Shown here: in pieces, positions 19,226 to 28,314 of the stretch
How positions within the stretch are numbered: the stretch's first letter is position 1
How the letters are laid out: every line of letters starts with the position of its first letter
NCBI GenBank assembly: GCA_011620595.1
Contig: WOYX01000057.1
Location: 28,473-92,472 of the forward strand
DNA: 64,000 nt
Origin: Bacteroidales bacterium
GTDB taxonomy: Bacteria > Bacteroidota > Bacteroidia > Bacteroidales > VadinHA17
Direction of reading: 5' to 3'
Translations under genes and position numbers: made by a program
Notes under the pieces: generated by a model
Database searches by the model: none
Seen by the model: only the letters and a program-made list of their open reading frames with translations
Told to the model about the DNA's origin: nothing

Positions 19226-20689
19226 CTAGTAACCCGGATTCTGCTGACTGGCTATCGCCGGGTTGGCGTCAATCTCAGTCTGCGAGATCGGAAGAATAAT
19301 CTTGTAGAAATCCCTGGTGATGGTCTTATCGCGATGGATGATGACCACTGCAGGGGTGATGAACTCATCATTAAACTCTATCGTCCTGTTAAGTCTCAGC
19401 ATGTCAAAGTACCTGTGACCCTCAGCAAAAAGCTCTTTACTCTTCTCATCAATTATCATTTCGAGCGTAACGGTGGTCTCATCTGCCGGAGCCAGGCCCG
19501 GTGACCGCTTACGTATCTCATTGAGATAACCGGCAGCCTTAACCCTGTCAGGGGTGGGAAGACCAAGGGCTGACTCTGCTGCTATCAGATAGATCTCTGA
19601 CAATCTTATCACTTTGACATTGACCGCTGATGTTGAACCTTTGTCTCCTGAAAGATCCACACCGGTATACTTCCGGCATGAGCCGAACCTTTCCGAGGAT
19701 GATTCATCGTAATCCATTATACCCCAGCGCACATCAGTGGGATCTTCGCTCATTCGTGTAATCCAGTAATCGCTGGCCATGAACCAACCCATAGCATTCT
19801 TGACGATGCCGAGACGAAGGAGATAAAAGCCAAGTGATCCGCTTCCCAGGTCGGCCTCATCCGTGTAAATGCCAAGTTCAAAAATGGATTCTGATCCAAA
19901 CTCATTTGACCATGAATCAACCCACTCCTCATTCGAATATAGAGAATAGGGTCCGTCATTTATTATTTCCTCCGCTGCGGCAAGGGCAGCACCGTAGTTC
20001 TCCATGAAGAGGTTAACCCTTGCCTGTATTGCCAGGTTGGCGTAGTAATTGAGATAGCCGTTCTCTGCAGAGGTTGAAAGCAGCGGGGCTCCGTCAGTGA
20101 GGTCTTTCATGATCTGCTGATATACTGCCTCAACGCTGGCCCTGGTAGGTTGTGAAGAAGCATCCAGAGGTTCGAGTATCAGTGGAACACCGAATGATGC
20201 CTTATCCATATTGTAAGGTTTGCCGTACATCCTGACCAGATCAAAATACATCAGTGCCCGGGCCGTTAAAGCCTGACCCTTGAACTCATTCAGTGCATCC
20301 GTAGCGTCGCCTGCCTCCTCGATCTTTGCGATATTCGCAAGAAGGTTGTTGGCCTGCAGAATATTGTGATATAACTGTGACCAGAAACCGGAGTAAGAGT
20401 TGGATGTGGCTGAATGGTTGAAGGTGTAGAGTGCATCAAGCCCTCTTCCTTGTGACCGTATTGCAAAATCACCACCCTTGGCATCACCGTAAATGACGAA
20501 GTTCCTGCCATAGTAGTTTGACGATGTCATCTTCCGCATCAGGCCATTTATCGCCACCTCGGCGTCGGCCTCATTTGTTATTGACGTTTCAGCTGCAGCA
20601 TAGTTACTTGGCTTGACATCCAGAAAATCCTCACAGGAGGCCAGTAGCATGATGCTCAGTACTGTAATTATCGTTGTTATCTTTTTCAT
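19226..20689 (-). CDS. susD: RagB/SusD-family nutrient-binding outer-membrane lipoprotein
   Basis: Lipobox LLASCEDFLDVKPSN. Typical SusD ends (..YFDMLRL.. and QQNPGY). Immediately downstream of the SusC gene. Confidence 0.9.
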   Translation of the reverse strand: MKKITTIITVLSIMLLASCEDFLDVKPSNYAAAETSITNEADAEVAINGLMRKMTSSNYYGRNFVIYGDAKGGDFAIRSQGRGLDALYTFNHSATSNSYSGFWSQLYHNILQANNLLANIAKIEEAGDATDALNEFKGQALTARALMYFDLVRMYGKPYNMDKASFGVPLILEPLDASSQPTRASVEAVYQQIMKDLTDGAPLLSTSAENGYLNYYANLAIQARVNLFMENYGAALAAAEEIINDGPYSLYSNEEWVDSWSNEFGSESIFELGIYTDEADLGSGSLGFYLLRLGIVKNAMGWFMASDYWITRMSEDPTDVRWGIMDYDESSSERFGSCRKYTGVDLSGDKGSTSAVNVKVIRLSEIYLIAAESALGLPTPDRVKAAGYLNEIRKRSPGLAPADETTVTLEMIIDEKSKELFAEGHRYFDMLRLNRTIEFNDEFITPAVVIIHRDKTITRDFYKIILPISQTEIDANPAIASQQNPGY

Positions 20690-20706
20690 GTTAGTATCTA
20701 TTTTGA

Positions 20707-23700
20707 TCAGAAACTGGCTTCAATACCGAATGTGTAGGTCTTGCCGATAGGCAGTTCCCAACCCCTGGTACCGTATTCGTTTACTTCAGGGTCATACACC
20801 TTGTGAGCTGCAAGAGTCCATAAATTGGCACCGTTGAAATATAGCCTCATACCTGAGAGCTTTATTTTGCTGATGATTTCACCGGGAATTGTATACCCAA
20901 GTGTGATGCTCTTGAGTCTCAGGTAGTCAGCCGGATGCATGTGCCTGCTGCTCCTCTGGTTAACATCTTCCATGTCAATGGCAATCCTCTGAGGATACAA
21001 TGCTGTCTTGTTTTCCGGTGTCCACCTGTTGTCATAGGCCCATTGAGACATGATCCTTTCCCAGTAATAACCATCGTCATTGCAATCCTTGCCGGCAAAG
21101 TCAAATGTGTTTCCTCCCAGCTTATAGGCAAAATTGAGAGAGAGTCCCAGACCCTTCCAGCCAAAATCGGTGTTAAGGCCTCCGAACAGCCATGGATGGA
21201 TATCACCAAATATGACCATATCCGCTTCGGTGTAATCATATGTGGCAGGGCGTCCGTCAACCGTCAGGTCGGGAGTCTCATCGTTGTTCAGGAACCAGAC
21301 GTTCTTTCCGGTCTCATCTTCCACACCGGCCCACTCGGGGCCGTACAGTGCCAGTGTTGATTCACCCTCGCGGTAAATGAAACGAGCCCTGTCGTCGTCT
21401 CCCGTTGGATCCCACCATATAATATCCTGACCGCCATAGAGCTTTGTAACGGTCGACTTGACATGCGAGGCAGTGAGTCCGGCGGTCCAGGTAAAGTCGC
21501 TGGTGCGCATGATATCACCAAATAGCTCAAATTCAATACCACGGTTATTGATCTCACCAACGTTCTTGAGTGTCGATGAGAAGCCTGTAACCATTGAGAT
21601 GGGTACGTCCTGCAGAAGATCCTTTGAATCCCTGTTGAAGAACTCAATGGTACCGCCAATCCTGTCATCGAGCAGCCCGAACTCAAGTGCAATGTTGTAT
21701 GTGTAACTGGTCTCCCATGAGAGGTTGGCATCAGCAGCCGTGCTTACACCGCCACCCGGTTCTTCCATGTATTTGGAAGTATAGCTCGTTAGTGACCGCC
21801 ATCCGTAGTTGGCCGACGGCAGAGTACCGTTAACACCGTATGAAGCCCGCAGCCTCAGTCCTGAGATAACCCCAACATTATCCATGAATGCTTCCTGGTC
21901 AATACGCCATGATGCTGCCAGGGACCAGAAATTACCCCAGCGGGTTTCCGGTCCGAGGCGTGATGACCCGTCACGCCTGAAAGAGGCAGAGGCGTAGTAT
22001 TTGTCATTAAAATCATATTCAGCACGCGACAGCATGGAGAGCATTGTGTTGCCCCAGTAATATGCATTTGCGTCGAGCTTGCCGGCTGTGGCCACCGTAT
22101 GCAGGGCACTGGTGGGAAGATTGGTCCCCGAAGCCCTCTGATAATCAGTCAGGTTACGCTCAGCCTCCCATCCCAGAAGAATATTCACATTGTGCTGTGA
22201 GGCTATCTCCTTGTTATAATTCAATGTGGTGGATGAGACCAGTTTATTGATATTGGTATTGCTCTCGGTTATCGAACCGTTGTCATTGGAACCGCTGAAG
22301 TGCAACGGGCTGTAATATAGATGATCTGCAGTACTGGCATTGTCATATGACAGGATCGACTTGAGCATCAGTTCAGGAAGGATCGTCACCGTCACAGTCT
22401 CATTGGCAAGCAGTCGAAGTGTCTTTGAACTGTTTTCCCACTGGTCATTGTAGTAGACCGGGTTGTAGGCATAACTTCCGTACCTGGCTGTCCAGGGTTC
22501 CCCTGTCTGGTAATCTGTTGGCCAGTAAAGCGGCCAAAGCAGGTTCCGGCTCTGCAGGAAGTAGTTGCTTCCCGTGGAACGTGAGTCATTGAATCCCTCC
22601 TTGCCGCTGTTTGTCAGGTTCACGTTAGTGGTAAACTCAATGAACTTGCCAATCTTCTGAGAGAAGTTAATTCTGCCTGTGAAGCGGTTAAAATTGTTTA
22701 TTACGCTTCGCCCCAACTCATTGGTATATGATAAGGAGGTGTAATAACTTGATGACTCTGTTGCTCCGCTTACCGATAGGTCATATGACTGATAGACAGC
22801 CGTGCGGAAGAGCTCCTTATCCCAGTCGAAATATTTACCGGCCCTCTCGCCGGAAATCGTCAGCGAATTTATTGTGTTGTCAGGAGCAGTGAAGATGTAA
22901 CCATGTTTGTTGAACCTCCGGTTGAGCTGATAAAGTGCACTTTCACTGGCTTCCTCGTAAGTGTCTCCATAACTGTATACGCCTGCATTCCAAAAGTTCT
23001 CGTAATAAAGCTTGACCTGATCCTCCGGGCTTGCCGTCTCATAGTTGTCAGTGGCAAAAGAGGGTGTCAGTCCCACTGAAGACTTGAACGAGATGACAGG
23101 CTTACCTTTCTTCCCCTGTTTGGTCGTGATGACAATGACACCGTTGGCAGCCCTTGACCCGTAAAGTGAAGAGGCAGCAGCATCCTTCAGAACGGTGATG
23201 GATTCAATGTCGTTGGGGTTGATGGTGCTCATCACATTGTTGGATGTGTAGATGCCCATCTGCGTGACGTTACCCGAGATGACAGGCACACCGTCAACAA
23301 CATACAAAGGCTCGTTGGAAGCGTTCATCGAGCCGATACCCCGAACCCTGATTGAAGAGGTAGAGCCTGCCTGTCCTGATAGGGTGGTAATCTGCATACC
23401 GGCGATCTTGCCACCCATGGCACTCTCAAATGAAAGCGTTGGTACATCCCTGATGGCATCCGCCTTTACAACACTGGCAGCACCGGTGAAGGTCCCCCGT
23501 GTGGATGTTCCGTAGGCCACAACAATGACCTCGTCAAGAGCAAGAGCGTCAGTCGCCATCACAACATCGATAACGGTCCTTCCGGCAACAGGTATCTCCT
23601 GTGTTTTGTAACCGACGTAGCTGAATACCAGCACACCGTCAGAAGGAATATTGCTGAGGCTGTAGCGTCCGTCAGCATCTGTGTTGGTCCCCACTCCGCG

Positions 23701-23838
23701 CGATCCCTTCAACAGTACCACCGCATAGGGGATCGGAGAACCATCTTCGGAAGCAGTTACCGTTCCGGTAACCTGTGTCTGAGCCATGCCGGCATTCACC
23801 AGAAACACCGACAAAACAATGAAGATTAGTTTTTTCAT
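20707..23838 (-). CDS. susC: SusC/RagA-family TonB-dependent outer-membrane transporter (no STN extension)
   Basis: 1043 aa. CarboxypepD_reg N-terminus (VTGTVTASEDGSPIPYAVV), plug (DEVIVVAYGT, ITVLKDAAASSLYGSRAANGVIVITTK), and C-terminal ..YTFGIEASF. Confidence 0.9.
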   Translation of the reverse strand: MKKLIFIVLSVFLVNAGMAQTQVTGTVTASEDGSPIPYAVVLLKGSRGVGTNTDADGRYSLSNIPSDGVLVFSYVGYKTQEIPVAGRTVIDVVMATDALALDEVIVVAYGTSTRGTFTGAASVVKADAIRDVPTLSFESAMGGKIAGMQITTLSGQAGSTSSIRVRGIGSMNASNEPLYVVDGVPVISGNVTQMGIYTSNNVMSTINPNDIESITVLKDAAASSLYGSRAANGVIVITTKQGKKGKPVISFKSSVGLTPSFATDNYETASPEDQVKLYYENFWNAGVYSYGDTYEEASESALYQLNRRFNKHGYIFTAPDNTINSLTISGERAGKYFDWDKELFRTAVYQSYDLSVSGATESSSYYTSLSYTNELGRSVINNFNRFTGRINFSQKIGKFIEFTTNVNLTNSGKEGFNDSRSTGSNYFLQSRNLLWPLYWPTDYQTGEPWTARYGSYAYNPVYYNDQWENSSKTLRLLANETVTVTILPELMLKSILSYDNASTADHLYYSPLHFSGSNDNGSITESNTNINKLVSSTTLNYNKEIASQHNVNILLGWEAERNLTDYQRASGTNLPTSALHTVATAGKLDANAYYWGNTMLSMLSRAEYDFNDKYYASASFRRDGSSRLGPETRWGNFWSLAASWRIDQEAFMDNVGVISGLRLRASYGVNGTLPSANYGWRSLTSYTSKYMEEPGGGVSTAADANLSWETSYTYNIALEFGLLDDRIGGTIEFFNRDSKDLLQDVPISMVTGFSSTLKNVGEINNRGIEFELFGDIMRTSDFTWTAGLTASHVKSTVTKLYGGQDIIWWDPTGDDDRARFIYREGESTLALYGPEWAGVEDETGKNVWFLNNDETPDLTVDGRPATYDYTEADMVIFGDIHPWLFGGLNTDFGWKGLGLSLNFAYKLGGNTFDFAGKDCNDDGYYWERIMSQWAYDNRWTPENKTALYPQRIAIDMEDVNQRSSRHMHPADYLRLKSITLGYTIPGEIISKIKLSGMRLYFNGANLWTLAAHKVYDPEVNEYGTRGWELPIGKTYTFGIEASF

Positions 23839-24125
23839 TAATTAGAGTGTTAGTTTTAAGGTTTGACAGTACAAGTTACAGATTTTTTGATATTCTCAAA
23901 AAAATTTATAATACATCCTATCTGTTATTCAACATAGTATTAATGGAACCTGTCGATTGAACTGTAAAGCCCATTTTATGAGGACTAGAGAACACTCCTT
24001 GGCATTCTGTCTCCCGTAAAGATGAGACAAATGGCCCGTTAAATATGTAATACAAATTATTGCCGGAGGTCAAAAAAAGTGCAGGTCTTGTGAATTTTTT
24101 TAAATTTGTTTGAGCTTTGTTATAC

Positions 24126-24133
24126 TAATTTTG
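24126..24133 (+). promoter_or_regulatory. -7 promoter box TAATTTTG for the D-aminoacylase gene
   Basis: TAnnTTTG match 19 nt upstream of ATG 24153. Confidence 0.5.
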
Positions 24134-24152
24134 ATGTAAATTCATTGCTATT

Positions 24153-25814
24153 ATGAGATTTTTAAAAGTTTTTCTGCCCGTTTTCTTTCTTATCTGCGGA
24201 TGTACTAATTCTGACAGGTTTGATCTCCTGATCAGGAACGGAAAAATCATTGACGGGTCGGGGTCGACAGCCTTCACCGGTGATGTCGGCATCAGGGGTG
24301 ACACCATTGCTGCAATCGGTGATCTGAAGGGTGCACGCGGCCGGACTGAGATTGATGCGCAGGGAATGGTGGTAGCTCCCGGATTCATCAACATGCTCAG
24401 CTGGGCTGTTGAATCACTCATAGAGGATGGCAGGTCGATGAGTGACATATGCCAGGGAGTGACGCTGGAAGTGCTGGGAGAGGGCGACTCGTGGGGTCCA
24501 TGGAGTGAGAGCATGAAGCAGGAGATGAAGGCTTCGCAGGGAGATATTAAGTATGACATTGAGTGGACCACCCTGGGCGAATACCTTGAATATCTTGAGA
24601 ACAGGGGTGTCTCATCCAACATAGCCTCGTTTGTGGGTACGGCAACACTGCGTATACACCAGGTAGGCTATGACGACCGGCCGCCCACTGCTGCAGAGAT
24701 GGACTCGATGAAGCTGCTCGTCAGGCAGGCCATGGAGGAGGGAGCAATAGGTGTAAGCTCAGCGCTAGAGTATATTCCCGCAAGCTTCGCCTCAACGGAA
24801 GAGCTGACTGAGCTCTGCCGGGTGGCGGCGGAGTACGACGGTATGTATATCTCCCACATCCGTAATGAGGATGACACTTTTCTTGAAGCCATGGACGATT
24901 TTCTCAGGATACCTCACGAGACGGGCATCAGGTCTGAGATATACCACCTCAAGCAGGTGGGCCGGACCAACTGGGATAAACTTGATGCAGCAATAGCAAA
25001 AATTGACTCTGCAAGAGCGGCAGGTCTTCATATCACCGCAGATATGTATAACTACCCGGCCAGCTCCACCGGCCTGGGGATACTTATGCCGGAGTGGGTT
25101 CAGGAGGGCGGCTTTGAGAAGTGGGTCAACAGGCTGAAGGATCCGGAGGTGAGAAAGAGTGTGGGACCGGAGATTATAAAGACCATAATGAGAAAACAAG
25201 GCTCCCCGGACAGGGTACTGGTCATAGGCTTCAATACCGATTCACTGAAGTACCTCCAGGGAAAGACACTTTCAGAGATAGCATCCATGAGAGGTAAATC
25301 GCCCGAAGAGACGGTGATGGACCTGGTGATCGACGACGGAAGCAACGTATCGGCTGTCTTCTTCTCAATGTCAGAGGATAACCTGAGAAAACAGATTGCA
25401 CAGCCCTGGATGAGCTTCGGCTCCGACGGCAAGTCGATGGCACCCGAAGGTGTCTTTCTGAAGTCGGCCACCCACCCCCGTGCCTACGGTAACTTCGCCA
25501 GGCTGCTGGGAAAATATGTCCGCGATGAGCAGGTCATCCCCCTTGAGGAGGCTGTACGCAGGCTGACCACCCTTCCCGCTAACAATATGAAAATTGAAAA
25601 ACGCGGTGCGCTGAAAGAGGGATACTATGCCGACGTGGTTATCTTCGATCCGGAGAAGGTTCAGGATCACTCAACGTTTAAGGATCCCCATCAGCTTTCA
25701 ACCGGCATGTCACATGTCTTTGTCAACGGCGTGCAGGTGCTGCGCGACGGAGAGCATACCGGCGCTACCCCCGGCAGAGTTGTAAGGGGCCCGGGATATA
25801 AAGACCGGCAGTAA
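24153..25814 (+). CDS. N-acyl-D-amino-acid deacylase (D-aminoacylase) family amidohydrolase, predicted lipoprotein
   Basis: Lipobox FFLICGCTN. DLLIRNGKIIDGSG..DVGIRGDTIAAIG..VVAPGFINMLSW start and ADVVIFDP..V.HVFVNG.. end are typical of this amidohydrolase family. Confidence 0.8.
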   Translation: MRFLKVFLPVFFLICGCTNSDRFDLLIRNGKIIDGSGSTAFTGDVGIRGDTIAAIGDLKGARGRTEIDAQGMVVAPGFINMLSWAVESLIEDGRSMSDICQGVTLEVLGEGDSWGPWSESMKQEMKASQGDIKYDIEWTTLGEYLEYLENRGVSSNIASFVGTATLRIHQVGYDDRPPTAAEMDSMKLLVRQAMEEGAIGVSSALEYIPASFASTEELTELCRVAAEYDGMYISHIRNEDDTFLEAMDDFLRIPHETGIRSEIYHLKQVGRTNWDKLDAAIAKIDSARAAGLHITADMYNYPASSTGLGILMPEWVQEGGFEKWVNRLKDPEVRKSVGPEIIKTIMRKQGSPDRVLVIGFNTDSLKYLQGKTLSEIASMRGKSPEETVMDLVIDDGSNVSAVFFSMSEDNLRKQIAQPWMSFGSDGKSMAPEGVFLKSATHPRAYGNFARLLGKYVRDEQVIPLEEAVRRLTTLPANNMKIEKRGALKEGYYADVVIFDPEKVQDHSTFKDPHQLSTGMSHVFVNGVQVLRDGEHTGATPGRVVRGPGYKDRQ

Positions 25815-25863
25815 CCGGATCGGTAGCTGTCGCAGGCCCGGGATATAAAGACCGGCAGTAACC
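25788..25863. repeat. 29-bp exact direct repeat (period 47 bp) duplicating the stop-codon region of the D-aminoacylase gene
   Basis: GGCCCGGGATATAAAGACCGGCAGTAACC occurs at 25788..25816 and again at 25835..25863. Confidence 0.9.
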
Positions 25864-25920
25864 AGACCTGCAACGACACAGGAGGGGTGTATTGATCGTG
25901 GTTGTCTGAGAAAGGAATAT

Positions 25921-26169
25921 TTACTTCTTCTTAAAGATCAGATTAAAGAGAAAAAGTATAATTATGGCACCTATGGCACCGGTAAGAATGGCGCCGATCC
26001 AGCCGCCACCAAGGGTTACACCAAGCTTGCCAAGCAGCCAGAAACCAATCGGGCCGCCAATAACACCCACAATTATGTTGCCCAGAAGACCCAGGCCGCT
26101 GCCTTTGTAAATTATGCTGCCAAGCCACCCTGCAGCAGCACCGATAAGAAGACTGACGATAATTTCCAT
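25921..26169 (-). CDS. GlsB/YeaQ/YmgE-family (transglycosylase-associated) small membrane protein
   Basis: 82 aa. Gly-rich helices (GAAAGWLGS..GLLGNIIVGVIGGPIGFWL). Confidence 0.75.
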   Translation of the reverse strand: MEIIVSLLIGAAAGWLGSIIYKGSGLGLLGNIIVGVIGGPIGFWLLGKLGVTLGGGWIGAILTGAIGAIIILFLFNLIFKKK

Positions 26170-26233
26170 AACCGTACTTTTTAGTTTAATACTTCAGGAA
26201 CCTACAAGTTACAATATAATCCGGTACTGGCAA

Positions 26234-28087
26234 TTATTCCACCGGGTAAAATGGCATTTCCATCGGCAGATCTTCATTGCTGAGTATCCGGAAGAGCACC
26301 GGATCCCTGAGAATCTCCCTCACATCTGCAGGACGGCCGTCAAGCAGTACCTGCCTGTTCATGAGCCTGATGCCGTGGCTGTAATCGACGTACCACCATA
26401 CATGACCGCTGTAAACGGGCTGGATGTGACTGCCGTCAGGCCTGTGCCAGCCATATATCACCACCCTGTCAGTCTGTTGCGCAATCCTCGATGAAATAAT
26501 CACATCCTTCTTGATACCCGCAACCAGCTGTCCATGCCCGCCGCCTGCCTCTGCCATCTGCTTTTCGATCTGCGCATTGTGCTCTGCAAATTTCGTCACC
26601 AGTTCATTAGCATTGCCAACGGGCCTGTAGAAGAAAGGATCAAGCTTTACATCTGCATGCGACCAGATATGATCGCTCAGCTTTGCTGTCAGGAGTGAAG
26701 CTCCAAAAAGGTCAGCCAGCCGCTGCGCGGTGCGGGGATTCATAGGGATCCGGCAGAAGTTGTCATCACTGCCTATGGCCAGATAATCAGTCATGACCTC
26801 ATATTCCAGGATGTGTCTGTTGCCTTCAGCATCGTCAAATTCACCCCTCAGGGTCACCGTCTGCCTGAGAAACTGCGGTATATTGCCAGTAGCTGCAGCT
26901 CTGAATATCTCCTCCTCTCGCTCGGCCAGCGGCATATCTGATATCCGTGCCATGAAGGCTGACCCCGTCTCGGCACCCGGGTCACGCGCAGGGATGTTCA
27001 GCCTGCGTACCGGAATGACCAGCGTGTCGGATATGAATTCCGAATATGCCCTTTCTCCAAAATAACGGTAGTCTCGCTGCTCATCCCGCGTTCCGCTCAG
27101 CATACTGTGTATGAACCCGTTGTACTCTACCTGCCTTGTATGATATATCTTGCCACCCGGATTGGGTTTCATGACAATCTGGATATGCCTGTCGCGAGAC
27201 GTATACCACACCAGAGAATCCCTCCGTCGCTCTTTTAGCCGGAAAGGTCTGTCAAGATAATCCCTCATCATTCCGGTGCGGTACCACGTACCTCCTGTCG
27301 GTGACACCAGGGGTTTACCGTTATAGATAACCACACTGTCATTGTATGCCAGTGTGCACAGGAACCTCTCCCCGCCTGACCGGAGCCATTGCGTCAGCTT
27401 TGGACCGTAAACCTCGTCCTCCCAGCCATAGTTACCATCCGGGAATGCAATGCACGTCACTTCCCGGGGGATCTCAGAGTGTGCATCCAGATAACTGAAA
27501 ATAAACCTGCCTCCCCCGCTGTGGCCATTGAGAACCAGTTCTGGCTTCCAGGGGGCAAATAACTCAGTGATGCGCTCAACAATCTCCTTCACCAGTTCAC
27601 GGTAATCCGGCGTGGCAGCTTTCCACGCCGGCCAGCTCATGAGACTGTTCTCAACGTATGCCACAACCAGGGTCCGGTCTTTTATTATCCTTCTGAGGAA
27701 TCTTGTCTGCGCTCCAATATGTTGTATATCGAAGTGCCAGTCGTCGCCCTGGTACAACCTCTTTCCGAAAGTCTGCTCTATGGTGTTGCCGTTCGGCAGG
27801 GCATAGAGTACAAGTAATACCCGGTCGCCGACACCGAAACCTGAAACCGGGGCATTGATCAGTATTCGTTTCCCGGGAGGAGAGTCTTCTATCACCATCT
27901 GCTGCTCCCCGAACAGGCCGGATGGTTTAAAGCCTGGCAGGAACTGCGATTTTGCCGGACGCCCGGAAAAAACCAGCAAAAAGAGCGTTGTTATCAGCCA
28001 GAACGGCAGAAGCAACCGGGAACAAGCTGCCCCGCTATTCACATTCCGGGAGGATAAATATTTTCCTGCTGATGTCAGGCTTTTCAT
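26234..28087 (-). CDS. secreted two-domain protein of unknown function (N-terminal part alpha/beta-hydrolase-like)
   Basis: Long clean ORF. Start moved to ATG 28087 because the -7-like box abuts the track start at 28108. N-terminal hydrophobic segment. NGHSGGG nucleophile-elbow-like motif. I do not recognise the C-terminal ~270 aa. Confidence 0.55.
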   Translation of the reverse strand: MKSLTSAGKYLSSRNVNSGAACSRLLLPFWLITTLFLLVFSGRPAKSQFLPGFKPSGLFGEQQMVIEDSPPGKRILINAPVSGFGVGDRVLLVLYALPNGNTIEQTFGKRLYQGDDWHFDIQHIGAQTRFLRRIIKDRTLVVAYVENSLMSWPAWKAATPDYRELVKEIVERITELFAPWKPELVLNGHSGGGRFIFSYLDAHSEIPREVTCIAFPDGNYGWEDEVYGPKLTQWLRSGGERFLCTLAYNDSVVIYNGKPLVSPTGGTWYRTGMMRDYLDRPFRLKERRRDSLVWYTSRDRHIQIVMKPNPGGKIYHTRQVEYNGFIHSMLSGTRDEQRDYRYFGERAYSEFISDTLVIPVRRLNIPARDPGAETGSAFMARISDMPLAEREEEIFRAAATGNIPQFLRQTVTLRGEFDDAEGNRHILEYEVMTDYLAIGSDDNFCRIPMNPRTAQRLADLFGASLLTAKLSDHIWSHADVKLDPFFYRPVGNANELVTKFAEHNAQIEKQMAEAGGGHGQLVAGIKKDVIISSRIAQQTDRVVIYGWHRPDGSHIQPVYSGHVWWYVDYSHGIRLMNRQVLLDGRPADVREILRDPVLFRILSNEDLPMEMPFYPVE

Positions 28088-28107
28088 GGGTCGGGTAATG
28101 GCGACCA

Positions 28108-28115
28108 TAAACTTA
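28108..28115 (-). promoter_or_regulatory. -7-like promoter box TAAGTTTA
   Basis: Plus strand reads TAAACTTA. It lies 20 nt from ATG 28087. 7/8 match to TAnnTTTG, and the same TGTAAGTTT context is seen upstream of purD and the acylase gene. Confidence 0.4.
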
Positions 28116-28264
28116 CATAAAAACAGATGATTTTGAAACAGGGCAATAAAGAATAAGGCGAACTCCGGGGTTTATAGGTGAAAGTTAATCTATTCATTAC
28201 TATCACATAACAGAAGACCTTATTTATCAGTTAATCCTCTCTTCCCATTGCGGTTTTTCAGAAG

Positions 28265-28272
28265 TAATTTTG
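28265..28272 (+). promoter_or_regulatory. -7 promoter box TAATTTTG for the ABC fusion gene
   Basis: TAnnTTTG match 42 nt upstream of ATG 28315. Confidence 0.45.
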
Positions 28273-28314
28273 CTATCTTGGTGGCTGAACCTGACCCGGT
28301 ACATACCCTGACCC

